A DNA stretch of 41,996 nucleotides from assembly GCA_943704425.1 (NCBI GenBank), contig CALSCP010002358.1:42797-84792 (forward strand), read 5' to 3'. The DNA comes from Ministeria vibrans ATCC 50519. Lineage: Eukaryota > Protista > Filasterea. Below the pieces are notes generated by a model that did no database searches, was not told the DNA's origin, and was given only the letters and a program-made list of their open reading frames with translations. A program made the translations under genes and the position numbers. This document shows, piece after piece, positions 30,201 through 41,984 of the stretch (positions are counted from its first letter, which is position 1; each line of letters starts with the position of its first letter).

Positions 30201-33200
30201 CAAAGACAAAAGTACACAGATCGGACACAAGTGGAACGTGTGCCTTGAGCTCTTGAACCTGTTCCACCAGTCGTCGCGCGCCCGCCACCGCATACGTAAG
30301 CACCTTGGCGGCCGACGCGACTGCGTAGCCATCACTCTCGTCTACCATGCTGGCAACAGTCACGCCAAGCGTGCGCAGCAGCGGACTCAGCATATCACGA
30401 CTGCAGCCCGTCATGAGACGCGTCGCCGCCTCAAACACCGCACGTTGCTCGCTCAGCGGTGCACCGCGCGCCACAGCCACGAGTGCTTGCCAGCGCACCG
30501 CCTCCATTTGCGACACGAGTCGCTTTTGTTGCACGCGAATGTTCCATGTGCCCGCCAGCTGTCCCTGCAGCGACGGCCAGCGCACCCCCAAAAGCCAGGC
30601 ACACGACACGGCCGACGACGCTATGCTCGGGCTCGACTCGGCACAGCGATGAATCAACTGCAGTGCCGTGTGTGCTCGCATCAACATATTCGTTTCCATT
30701 GCGGCCGTCTCGGTGACCACACCCTGCACGGCTGCCACGCAACGTTCAAGCAACGCACAACGACGACTCAGATCAATGACGCGCGAGAACATTGCACTGA
30801 GCGACCAGGCACACGTGTCAAAAAGCTCACCATAGCACTCTGCACTGTCATCGTCGTCACGCGCCGCAATGTTCAGTCCAAACACGGCCGCCTCGCAGGC
30901 ATCTACAAATTGCACAGGGGCAAACGTACGACCACAGAGTAGTGCCATCACTGCATCGACCACACCGGCACGCTCGGCCGTCGCCAAAAGATGACGCAGC
31001 AGCAACGCCACACGACCAACCAGGCCCTGTGGCATGTGCGGACGTGTCGCAATGCCAACGAGAGTCGACACACACGGCTCAAGAAGCATCGAGAGCTGTT
31101 CGGGCGAGTGTATGGCCTCAAGGTGCGCCACCACGACACTTGTGGCAAGACGGCGTGCCGCCACGCTCCATTGCGACCAACTAGCAAGTTCCAGCGTGTC
31201 GTCGCCGTCGACAGTCACAGGCGCAAGATACGCAGCAAGGGGAGCGTGCAACTGCTCACGACAAAGCATGGCAAGCCAGGCGAGCGTCTCGGAGTCGCGC
31301 CAGGTTGCTTCGGGCGCGTCAAAGAGAAGGGTCGCTTGAAAGTCGCCCAGGAGACGCCAGAGAACCTCTTGGTCGGTCGAGGCAGATGGAAGGACCGGAA
31401 CAAGATGTCGGAGACCCCCAAAGAGCATAGAGAGCATCTCGGTGCGAATCTGGGGCGACGCGGCGTACGTGGCGTGAACAACAAGATCGGGAAAGTGGCG
31501 CAGGGCAAGTGCAAGAGAGCCCGTCAGTGAATGAACTGTAGCAACGGTGGCAAAGACTTGACAGCGATTGAGCAGGGGAGAGAGTTCGCGTGACTCGTTG
31601 GGGGTTAACAAACACGCAATGAAGGCGTCAAAGTCACCGCGACGCGCATGGCATTGGGCCATAGCAGTGTGGTACTCAAGAAGCACCTCGTCGACGGTAA
31701 GCGTGTCGCCGTCCAGAACAAATGATGTGCGGAAAATGGCTGTGGTGCTCACGCGGGGGGTCACTGTTGCAACCACAAGGTCCTCTTCGCCGTCCCACAG
31801 GGGCGCTTTGCGCTCGCGTGACGCGGTCCGCAGATAGTGTGCGAGAATGAAGCAGCGTGCACGCACTTCGTCAACATAGACCACATTGTGAAGGACCACT
31901 CCAATGAAAGCTGGATGCATACAGAGCGTCGTGTCAGTCGTGTCATCATCGCCGCCCATGTGTGTGCCCCACGCCTCGGCGGCCGCATAGAGACGACGGA
32001 AGCGTGGCAGCAGGGGCTCGACCAGATGCAACATGGACTGTTCCAGTGTCTCCAGTACAATCAGGTAGTCATTCCACAGCTGTGCCAGCGCCGCCGAGTG
32101 GCGAGGATTCCACGCAAACACACTGCAATGGCGCGTCCACACGTCGTCCGTCGTCGTCCCGTTTGCCAGCGACTGAACCAGGGTGCTCAAAAGGAATCCG
32201 GCTCGGCGACGCACAAGTGGATCGGTATGCTTGAGCCCAGCCAGAACAAGTGTCACGAGTTCTTCGTCGTCAACTGCACACCACAGAGCCAAACTCGAAT
32301 GGACAGCACTCAGAACAGCATAAGCATCGTTAGCAATACTCTATATATGAAACAATAATAATAAAAACAATAGTACGTCTGAAATTAATATTGATCTCTT
32401 TTGTGACTTTCTACCTGATCGTCACCGGAACAGGGCACCATGGCACGCCGGACCCATTGCCAGACAAGCTGACCATGAGAAGCGGTGGGTGGCACGCGGG
32501 AAAGAGCCACAATGGCGCGGCTACGGACATGTCGGTTGGGATGCAGAGTGAGCGCAAGCGCACTGCGCAAACATCCCGGCACGTCCGAGCCAAGAGCCTG
32601 TACAAGCTGCGAGGCAACGGCATCGGTGAGGATCACCTCGCTGTCGTCGTGTCCGGTGCTGGCAGCGTCGGCGGGGTCGGTCAGGACGAGTTGGTCGAGA
32701 CATTCGCGAGCGGATGAGACGCGCGTGGACATAAAACGAGCGGTGGCGCGGGCGACAGGCGCGATCATACGCGGGTCCTTGACTTCCGAGACCACACTTG
32801 CAATGCAAGCAACAGCTGCGGCAACGAAGTCGCGCTGAGGAGGACGCTCGACGCTCGCCAGACGCGACAGAAGCTGCGCACACAGCTGAAACACCAGAAG
32901 GGGCTGTCTCGACGCCACACGCACCGCCACCTGCGAGCACAGCGGCAATGTCTCGACATCTGCCGAGAGTGAGGTCAAAACGCCCCCGAGGTCGGCACTC
33001 TCCGCCAAGAGATCGACGAGAGTGGACATGAGTAATAATAATAATAATAGTCAGTCAAGATCTAATAAAATTAATGAATAATAATAATAATTATTAATTA
33101 AAATATTTCGGTTGTGCTCATTTTCTGCGAATGGAAACACAGGCAACGTCGCCAGTGCGAGCAGCAGAGATAGGAGTAAGTGTGACAAGACTGTGCTCAA

Positions 33201-36038
33201 TGGAAGTGACAGGAACCAGGTTGGGAGAGCACGAGACGGTTGCAAGAGAGTTGTAACGCGAGCGAAAAGGCACAAAGATCTCAGTGGGCAGTAAAATGGA
33301 CGTGTCAAGAGTGTAACAGAAGGAAAAGTCGGCGGTGGCATTGACAAAGGTCATGTTAAGTGCAGTGCCGGCAATGGCACGGGCGTAGGTGCGCGAGAGA
33401 GCGGTGATGTACTGTGCCGAGGGAAACGCTCCGCCCTGACCAAACCCATCGTACTCGGTCCAACTCAGGAGGTTCTTGTCGGCCTTGTCCATCACCTTGA
33501 CACACTCGGGCAGCCACTGTGCTCCATCGCAGCCACCCCACTCGGTTAGAAACGCACCACCGCCAATGCGCGCAATGTCAGTCTTAATGGCATCCTGCAC
33601 CAAATCAGCCGTCGCCGCACACACGTCAGGTTTGGGCTCGGGGCCACTAAAGGACTTGCAGTAGTAGTGAAACGACAACACACTTCGATTCGCATAGGCA
33701 GGCCCACCGGGCACTTCAGTAAATCCACAGCCTACTGAGCCACCGAGGAGCATTCCCCACGTCACCGGCTCAAAAAAGATGAGCTTTTCTGTGTCCTCTG
33801 TGCGAATTCCCTCAGCGAGTGCCGCATAGAGCGGCTGCAAATTGCGCTTGGCGGCCACGCCGGGCACAAACAGCTCAGGATCGCGATAGACGTTGCCAGC
33901 AAAGGGCTCGTTGATGAGCTCGTAGCCGAGAATGGCGTCGACGGAGCGCCAGATGGATGCTGACTTGGTCCAGAACTTGACAAATGAATCGCGAATGTTA
34001 TGCTTGTTGGAGTAGATGGCTTGGTAGCAAGCACCCTCGGCTTCCTAAAGGAAAGAGGTTGAGAGAGTTTGAAAGAGAGAGAGAGAGATTGAGAGAGAGA
34101 GAGAGTTTGAGAGGGTCAGAGAGTTTGAGAGAGAGAGAGAGAGAGAGAGAGGCGCCATGAGGCAAGCGCTGTCGTGTGTACGTACGGTGAGTTCGTTGGC
34201 GCCCCACGACCGCGACGAACAGTTTCCCGTGTAGGGCCAGGGAAAGGGGAAGAGTGCGTCGTCTTTGCACTTGTTGATGTTCCACAAGGGAATGCCGTCG
34301 TAGTTGCAGAATTCGCTGGAGAGGGCGTCCTGATGCGTGTCCTACACACACACACACACACACGGCAAGAGAGGTGAACACGCATGTGTCTGCGTCGGTC
34401 GCTTACAAGAAGAGTGTAAATGCCGCGCGAGGCGAGCTTGTCGACGACGGAGCGGGTCATGGAGGCGTACGTGGCGTTGAAGACGCCCTCGCGCGGCTCA
34501 TACCCGCTCCACATCCACCCGACGCGGACGGCAGTGACGCCCCAGGCGGCAACTAGAACGACAAGCAACGATGAGGGGCGCAGTGGGCGGCAGAGGGAGA
34601 GCAGGCGACGCACTTTCATCGACAAGCGTGTCGTTGAGCAGCCAGGCGGGGTACCAGGGAACGCCCTTCTGGACGCCGTTGATGCCGTGGAAGATGCGTT
34701 CGCGGCCCGTCGACACTTCCCGGAAGCGTCCCGTCGCGTCTACGTTGATGGGCGCCAGGGCATCGCCGACGGGAATGAGCGCGAGTACGGCCGAGAGCAC
34801 ACTGATCAGCAGCAGGAAGAAAAGGTTCATTGCAAAATTAATAATAATAATAAAATAATAATAATTATTATTATTATTATTATCATTGTAATGAATATTA
34901 AACAATAAGAAAATTAATAATAATAAAGACGTCATCTTCTTCTTCAGAAGTCAAAAATAGGGATAAAAACGATTATGGAAAAATGAACGAAAACGGTTTG
35001 AACGTATACATAAACAGGGTTTTTAGATGTTTCAAAGAGCCTGGTTCTACAGTAGGTTCAGCGCGTCATACTTCCCTGGCGGCATAAATGAAATGAGCGT
35101 TCATCAATCATCGTTCGTTAATTAGATGAAGTTGCACAAACCGAGTGTGTTTCTTTGGGGAGAGAATATAATTATATTATTATGTATAGAAGGGGGGGTG
35201 CTGGTGGGAGGTCGGTGGAAATGCTATGTGTTCAGAGATTGTTGTTGTTGTTGTTATTGTTGTTGAGGGGAATAATGGCGACGGAGATGCGGTCGGCAAA
35301 GGTCGTTTCGCCATTTTCAAAGACGACTGCGATGGACGTGCGTTCGTGTGTGAGTGTTGCGACGTCCGCATAGCCAGCGGGTCCGCCCCACAAAACAAAT
35401 TCAGAGTGCCATGAGCAACCTTCATCGTCGCTGAGGCGCACCGTTATGTTTGCACGCGCAGTGGGGTCGCTGGCACACACGTAGACAACGTTCGAGGTGG
35501 AAAACACACGCTCAATGCCACACACAATGCCCGTCCATGAGTGTGTCACGGGTGTCACGAGTGCAGGGTCTTCAGCAAAGTCTGTGAGTGTCGTTCCGCC
35601 GTCGGGTGAGTGTGCTGTCATGCGATGACCCGGTTTCGGCGACATGTTTCGCGCGTTCATGTACAGCTGTGCGTGAGAGGTGCTCGAGCGCACCTGTGCG
35701 AATTGCGACTCACGTGTGTACTCCTGTGCAATACCGGCAAAGCTCCACGACGCACCAAGGTCATCGCTCACAAGTGCACAAGCGTACGGCTTGGATGCAT
35801 TACTGCACACAAATGGCATCACAAGACGACCGTGCTCGACACACGGACTGACGTCGCACAGCGATCCGACCACTTGCAGTCCATGTCCCACCGCTGGCTT
35901 GACAACATGCGAGAAGGGTGCTGGGGGAGGAGGCATCATTAACGGCACAGGCTTAGTCCAGGTGACAGCCTCGTCGCGCGACTGCATGACAATGACATCG
36001 TTGCCCGTCTGAGAGAAAGGAGGGGGAAAGAAACAAAG

Positions 36039-36113
<75 letters not shown>

Positions 36114-37346
36114 AAGGGGTAGAGGGAGAGAACCAAAGTGATAGAGAGAGAGATGTGTGTGACTGTGATTGTTGTTGTAGGTGAATGTGGACAAGGCAGT
36201 TGAGTTTGTCGTTTCATGTGGGAATTTTGACGGAGGATTTGGGTGTGTACCAGGCAGTGAGAGTCACGCGGGACAAGTAAGAACGAATGAAAGAGAGAAA
36301 GAGCGGAGGAGAGGAGAGGAGGGGAGAGGATAGAGTGAGTGAGTGATAAGTGAGGGACATGCTAAGGTTGAGGTTGATTGAGTGTCTATTGTGTTTGTTT
36401 TTGTGTTGGTTAGGTGTTTTGCTGTGTGGGTGCGCTTGCGATTGGCGGCGGACTGCATCATGTGGATGCGGATCAGTTGGGGTGGTGGCTGTGCGAGCGA
36501 CAGTTACCCAGTGGGGGACTCAACGGACGGCCAGGTTAGAATTTTGCTTGACTCATTGTATGTATGTGTGTGTCTGTCAAGTTTCTCTCTGTGTGGGGGA
36601 ATAAAATTGTGATTGTGGGGAATTTTTTTTGTCTCTTATGGGACTGGTTGTGAGTTGTGATTGTTTGCCTTGTCTGAGTGTGAGTGCATTTTGATGGAAT
36701 TAGACTTGACTGGCTTGTGTAAACCAATTGACACACATGCAAAACAGAGAAACTTCCCGACGTGTGTTATTCGTGGTGGGTTCTCTCATCCTTAGCTGTC
36801 ATCAAGGTACAGTACACTATCTCAAAATCCGTATTAAATGTTTTTTTTTGTTATTCATTTGATGTGATTTGATGATTTTGCGTTTTTGGTTCTCTTACGA
36901 AGTCTTTTTTATTTGTATGTCACCTTTTGTGGTTTTTAGCGATTACATTGGATCAATGGACCGGCTCTACGAAAGTTTATTTTAGCCGCACAGGTACATT
37001 ACAACGACAAGCGTAATCTAAACTTGAACCCCAACATTGTTAGCCCGAACTCTAACCCTAGCCGAAACATGAACTATACGATTGTATTCAGACGTTTAAC
37101 ACATACTCAAGCAGCTTATGAGACCTAACCCGAACCCTTATGATCAGCTTAACTAGAGCCCTAACCCTGAATGTGTAGGACGATGAGAGTGGAGGCATAG
37201 CAGACCGTCCGGGCGACATGAGCGATCCCTACCATACACTTTTTGGTCTTGCGGGTCTCTCACTTTTGGGCAACGAGCCCTCTCTTGAGCCAGTCGACCC
37301 CGTTTACTGTCTTCCTAAGTCTCTCATTGACGAACTCAATTTGTAA
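26355..37346 (+). CDS. RABGGTB: Rab geranylgeranyltransferase (GGTase-II) beta subunit; exons 26355-26357, 26497-26629, 26692-27029, 36181-36276, 36414-36534, 36748-36806, 36940-36993, 37179-37346
   Basis: [34 protein letters not shown] | [78 protein letters not shown]. All junctions are in phase and together give one complete protein. Confidence 0.93.
27254..27263. other. Assembly gap (10 N) directly after a (GA)n tract
   Basis: Run of n. Confidence 1.
27811..33029 (-). CDS. TARBP1: tRNA (guanosine-18 2'-O)-methyltransferase Trm3/TARBP1: long helical N-terminal region + C-terminal SpoU domain; exons 32415-33029, 29890-32340, 28255-29786, 28111-28169, 27956-28050, 27811-27903
   Basis: [74 protein letters not shown]; in-phase introns. 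Confidence 0.9.
33118..34830 (-). CDS. Secreted GH5 endoglycoceramidase-like glycosidase, 4 exons
   Basis: Signal peptide; [58 protein letters not shown] (acid/base), FLTEWG (nucleophile), [11 protein letters not shown]-terminal domain. Confidence 0.9.
35232..36008 (-). CDS. GH33 sialidase/neuraminidase, last exon only (5' exons not found upstream)
   Basis: Asp boxes [32 protein letters not shown]; GRLVMP, YMNAR, R.NI, AGYADV (catalytic Tyr), VFENG. Acceptor 'ctctcag' at 36009-36015. Confidence 0.82.
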   Translation of the reverse strand, partial: TGNDVIVMQSRDEAVTWTKPVPLMMPPPPAPFSHVVKPAVGHGLQVVGSLCDVSPCVEHGRLVMPFVCSNASKPYACALVSDDLGASWSFAGIAQEYTRESQFAQVRSSTSHAQLYMNARNMSPKPGHRMTAHSPDGGTTLTDFAEDPALVTPVTHSWTGIVCGIERVFSTSNVVYVCASDPTARANITVRLSDDEGCSWHSEFVLWGGPAGYADVATLTHERTSIAVVFENGETTFADRISVAIIPLNNNNNNNNNL

Positions 37347-37374
37347 TACAACAAATAAATACAATTTCAATTAC

Positions 37375-38661
37375 TTATAATTCGACCCACTGTTCAATTA
37401 AAGAGTGTTCTTGCCAGAGTTTCAGAGCCAAATGAGCCACTGAGTGGCGGGCAATACGCACAATGTCCCAATGATTGTGCCAATGAAATGCGTAGGCGCC
37501 GGGAAAGAAGATTTGTGATGTGTGATTGACACGAGACCATTGGTGGAGAGACTCGTCTGAGACGCTCTTAGTAAAAAGAGACGGTGTGAGCTTGACTTGA
37601 GAGTTGTATGGGTCTGCGTAGTGGAGGAAACCGGAGTCGGAAAGTAGCCAGATGGGATCGAAGAAGGCGGAAGGAAGACGCAGGAAGGAGGGAGCGGCTC
37701 GGATGCGACGCGGATTGACGAGTTTCGCGTACTGTGTGAGCAACGCTGCGCGTGCAATGGCCTCTGCGGCAATGCGCAGGGCGGTGGGACTGCCTGGGGC
37801 AAAGTAAATGATGGCTGTGTTGAACCTTGAGCGGAAGGACCAGCGATAGGCAAAGTCGGTGTGGAGAAGTGAGTGGAACGGACGCAGAAGCATCATGTCA
37901 AGGTCAACGTAGACACCACCGTAGACTGCAAGAACTGTGTGGCGCACGATGTTGCTGTACGCTGTGCGCGTAATCCCCGTGGTGTTTTCCCAGTCCTTGT
38001 TGGCCAGGCGCGTTGTGATTGTGTATCGCAGACGGCTGTCGGTGAGACGCACTAGGATGCGTGAGGCAAGGTCGCGCCAGTGAAGGGTGTGCACCGTGAC
38101 AGAGCGTCTCCAGGGCTTCAGCACCTCCATGAAGGCATCCCGTGTTGCATTACTGTCCGTCCAGAGCCATACGCGGACACAATTGGGGCCGTGCGAGTGA
38201 ATGATGCTCAAGAGTGAAAAGTGCGGCAGAGGTGGGAAGGTCGGACCGGCCCAGTAGACATGGAAGAGGGCTGGCTGCCCTCGGCATGCATTGAAGTCCT
38301 CATCCTCCAGCTCTCGTGCTAAAGCGTCCATGCAATTCGAGTAGACTGAGACGGGTAGGGAAACCATGTTTGGGCGCGCGACATTGTCAAACCGATCACA
38401 CGCTCGAAATGATTCGCTTTGCAACAGGTCGTCCGAATGGTTGCGAGGAGTGGCTCCATCCGCGTGCGAGTGTACCTTCAACTGTGCTTGAGCAGGTGCA
38501 CGGGACATGGGAGCCGTTGCGGAGACAGTGAGTGAGTGGCTTGTCCTCACAATCCCAACTCGGTCGTCCGTCGCGTCGCTCAGGTGCATTTCCATCCTCA
38601 GCCACACCAACGCAAAGACAAGAAGTATCGCTACAACGGTTGTCCGAAGTCTCAAAATCAT
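37375..38661 (-). CDS. GT32 (DXD, alpha-1,4-glycosyltransferase-like) type II membrane glycosyltransferase, intronless
   Basis: N-terminal TM VVAILLVFALVWL; FHVYW, SNIVR..VL.VYGGVYVDLD, FDP.W, AFHWHN. Confidence 0.85.
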   Translation of the reverse strand: MILRLRTTVVAILLVFALVWLRMEMHLSDATDDRVGIVRTSHSLTVSATAPMSRAPAQAQLKVHSHADGATPRNHSDDLLQSESFRACDRFDNVARPNMVSLPVSVYSNCMDALARELEDEDFNACRGQPALFHVYWAGPTFPPLPHFSLLSIIHSHGPNCVRVWLWTDSNATRDAFMEVLKPWRRSVTVHTLHWRDLASRILVRLTDSRLRYTITTRLANKDWENTTGITRTAYSNIVRHTVLAVYGGVYVDLDMMLLRPFHSLLHTDFAYRWSFRSRFNTAIIYFAPGSPTALRIAAEAIARAALLTQYAKLVNPRRIRAAPSFLRLPSAFFDPIWLLSDSGFLHYADPYNSQVKLTPSLFTKSVSDESLHQWSRVNHTSQIFFPGAYAFHWHNHWDIVRIARHSVAHLALKLWQEHSLIEQWVEL

Positions 38662-38911
38662 GAAAGTTGTGAAAGTGAAGTGAAGTCCAAAAAAAAGTAA
38701 CTCTGTCACTCTTTCTCTCTCAGGGATCAGTCACCTTTTACAGCTAATATGTAATTATAATAATTTCTTCTTCTTTTTCTAATATGTAGTATTTATTGTA
38801 GTTAGAGAGACTATCCTTTTTCAAAGTGATCACTTGAGTGACTTGGCGGACCTAACCACTCAGGGGTGTGCATGAATAATAATAATTTGATATTACATAT
38901 GTACACAGTCA

Positions 38912-40324
38912 TCAGTGTTCTTCCTCAAGCAGCTTGGTCTCCCCCCACATTTTGAGCACACCATCCGCCACCGAATCCCGTTCGATGGGCAAACTCCAGC
39001 CATTGTGCCAGTGAAATGCAAAGACACCGTTGAAAAAGACGTCGGCGGGACGCACCGCAGTGCTCAAGCGAGAGCGCCACTCGGGTGTCATGCGCTGTGT
39101 GAAGAGCAGCGGCGCACGGCGCACACCCAAGCTGAGCGCATTCACTCTATCTCTACCATGACTAGTGCCTGATAATACACTACTGGTGGAGTCCGCGAGT
39201 GCCCAAAGGGGATCGAAGAATGCGGACGGGAAACGCACGAGGGTCTGTGAAAGGACCGCAACCAGGTTGGACGGGTGAAGACGCGCCGAGAGCTGCGCGA
39301 GATCCACCGAGTCAAGAAGGGCATTTTCAAGGGCAGTGTGAAGGGGCGAGTGGGTGGTGCTGTTGCGAATGTGCACAAAGGCAGCGCTGACGTGCTCAGT
39401 GAAGGGTCGTCGGTAGGCAAAGTCGTGTGTGAGCAGGGGGTAGAGCGGTCGCAGGAGGAACACGTCCAGGTCGGTGTAGACACCGCCGTAGACAGCAAGC
39501 ACAACAAAGCGAATGGCATTGTCAGCCTCCTGGATCGTCTTGGCTTGGTCCGATGCGAAAAAGCGCATTTGCATGATGTGTGACAAGAGCAGTTGCGGTT
39601 CGCCGGATTGAGAGCGCATTGCAATGTGTTGAAGTAGAGCACGCCAGTCAAGGGTCGTAACAGTAACCCAGGGATGCCAGAGTTGCAGTTGTGCAGCAAG
39701 GGCATCTCGCATGGTGTCAGTGTCGGTCCAGAGCATGAATTGTACGCATCCACGACCGTGCGCGTGAAGGACACTCGCCAGTCCGAAAAGAGATGTTTTC
39801 GCAAGACGTGTACCGCGCCAGTACGAATGAAAGAGCACACGTGCATGAGTACAAGGCACCACGTCGTCCTTGAAGTGCTCCAGGGTGTCTTGAAGGCCCT
39901 GGAGGCACTTGTCAAAGAGCGGCTGAATGCGAGTTCGGTTCTTGTGCGCTGCTGTGGCACTGTCGAGGGCATCGCACATACCAAAGACCTCTTTGAAGTA
40001 CACGTCATTGTGGGTGTTTGCGCCGAGGGGCCTGCGAATCGAAAGAGATCAGAGAGATGAAACATTGATCCTACTAATCGTACTCTTTTGCATATCCTGC
40101 TGTTAATGTTGCTGCTGCTGAAGCTACCGGCCTACATCAACAGAAGCAGAGTGTGCATACCTACGATGGGTGGGTTGTGTGCTCTTGTTTAGGTACGGTT
40201 TGTGTGGTGTCAGCAACGAAGTTTCAACGGAATCCACATCCGAATTACGGCCGAGTGCCGCGAAGAGAAAGAGTGCCCCGCCACACACTAACAGTATAGG
40301 GAGGTGGGGTTTCCTCAGAAGCAT
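38912..40324 (-). CDS. Second GT32 glycosyltransferase (tandem paralog); intron 40032-40160
   Basis: Exon 1 MLLRKPHLPILLVCGGALFLFAALG splices in frame to ORF 38912..40003; FHSYW, YGGVYTDLD, SAFFDPLW, AFHWHN. Confidence 0.85.
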
Positions 40325-40589
40325 CTAATTTAAATTATTAAAATACAAAATGAATTATGATTTATTCCATCCCAGACTGTTATTGATCGAAAATGATTTT
40401 AAAGACGTTTCCAATTAATAATTATCAATGACAGACGAAAAGCGACAACGTAATTACATAAGCTGCTCAGAACCACTTTGTAAGCTACAAGACATGACAA
40501 TTGAAAAATAAAAAGTGAACTCAATATGCCTCAAAGATAAGATTCAAAATACAAGGGTACAAAAACAAACTTGGAAAATGAATACAAGA

Positions 40590-41984
40590 TTAGAAATTAA
40601 AGCGATCGGCAGCAGACTTAACGGCAATGACAGCCGCTGCAGCCGCCACACTGGCACGGAGCTCTTCGTCTTCGTCAGCAGTCGCGGCTTTGGTTGGAAA
40701 GTTGCTATTGCTGCCGGTTGAGGTTGAGGAGGAGGAGGAGGACGAGGTTGGCATGGTAGTCGACAAAGAAGAAGAGGGGGAGGAAGTGGCGGTGTTGCGT
40801 GTGAGGCGGCGTTGGAGCAGATCAGAGGGCGCACGGTGCTTCTGTTGCTGCTGTTGTTGGAGATTAGGCAGTGGCACTGAGAAGAGCGATTCGTTGAGAA
40901 AAAGAGATGGAGAGGACGACAAGAGAGTGCTGCTTAGTGCCTCGACGGCAGGATCCTCTCCGTCTTCCTCCAGCTTCTTCTTGTTGTTGTTCCGAATCGC
41001 AATGGCGCCCGAGTATTGAGCGTCGTTGCCATCTGACAAAAGCTCCCCCGACTCCCGCTGGCGTCTGCGCTGCTCGTGTCGTCTCCGTTTGCGTCGCTCG
41101 CGTCGCAACTGCACCTCAAACTCGGCACTCATTGAACTTCGGTTGGGTGACGCCATCTCACTGACAGAACTGGACGAAGACGAATTGCCACCGGACGAGA
41201 GCATATCGTCATCAGACTGATCGGCACTCACAGGTGCACTAGTGCGATACCGTCGCAACGCACGCGCAGCGGCACTCGACACGTTACCCTGTGCCTCATC
41301 CTCATCACTGCTCCCACCACCACCACTACCACCACCACCACCACCACCACCAAAACCACCGCCACCGCCGCCACCACCACCACCACCGCCGCCACCAGCA
41401 ATATCTCCACCACTAACAGAGGGATGGCGTCCATTTGTAGTCGCTGTGTTGCCGCATAGGTCCATCTGCGTCTCACTGACACTCCAGCGCTGTAGTGCTG
41501 CGACTGTACTCGTGTAGTCATCAAACTCAGAAGACGGATGTGATGCGGTACTGCTCTCCTGCTGCTGTTGAGGCAACCGTTGCTGTTGCGTGTGTGGTGT
41601 GTCCGTGGTGAGAGTCGGTTGCTCAGTCGTCTCCACGCTCTGTAATTTGGTCCGAAACAACGCAGGAGTGACCAAAGGGGTTGAGGGGCCCGCCTCGGTC
41701 ACCCAGGGATGCATAAGGGCCTCACCAGCAGTGATGCGCGCATGCACATTGCGATCCAACAGCCGCAACACCAAATCTTTCGCCGTCGCACTGACCTTGT
41801 CCCATCCACCTCCTTCCACACACACATCCTCCGTCTCAATGGCCTCCAACAGCAGCTCAGTACACTCCCCACATCCCTCATCGCTTTCCCATCCGCAGTT
41901 GGGCCGATTGCATCGCGCCACAAAAGGCTTTACGCCACTCAGCATAATGTACAAAATCACTCCCAGTGACCACATATCGACAGA
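40590..41984 (-). CDS. MKNK: MAPK-interacting kinase (MNK-like), last exon: subdomains IX-XI plus long low-complexity tail; 5' part outside the window
   Basis: DMWSLGVILYIMLSG..PFV.RC...CGWE..E.C..C..LL.E.I is the MNK-specific 4-Cys insertion; RLL.R....RITA.EAL.HPWV, then TPL.TP. Acceptor at 41985-41986. Confidence 0.85.
   Translation of the reverse strand, partial: SVDMWSLGVILYIMLSGVKPFVARCNRPNCGWESDEGCGECTELLLEAIETEDVCVEGGGWDKVSATAKDLVLRLLDRNVHARITAGEALMHPWVTEAGPSTPLVTPALFRTKLQSVETTEQPTLTTDTPHTQQQRLPQQQQESSTASHPSSEFDDYTSTVAALQRWSVSETQMDLCGNTATTNGRHPSVSGGDIAGGGGGGGGGGGGGGFGGGGGGGGSGGGGSSDEDEAQGNVSSAAARALRRYRTSAPVSADQSDDDMLSSGGNSSSSSSVSEMASPNRSSMSAEFEVQLRRERRKRRRHEQRRRQRESGELLSDGNDAQYSGAIAIRNNNKKKLEEDGEDPAVEALSSTLLSSSPSLFLNESLFSVPLPNLQQQQQQKHRAPSDLLQRRLTRNTATSSPSSSLSTTMPTSSSSSSSTSTGSNSNFPTKAATADEDEELRASVAAAAAVIAVKSAADRFNF

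Noticed and set aside
28203-33029. Three separate genes (523, 858, 214 aa) or frameshifts
   Set aside because: In-phase GT-AG introns join them into one TARBP1/Trm3 gene.
26355-37346. Two partial RABGGTB paralogs or pseudogenes
   Set aside because: The halves are non-overlapping, complementary and in phase, forming exactly one protein.
39142-40065. 307-aa alternative-frame ORF, and other antisense ORFs over GC-rich exons (e.g. 288..1097, 7751..8746, 30139..30942)
   Set aside because: Shadow frames of well-supported genes, with no motifs.
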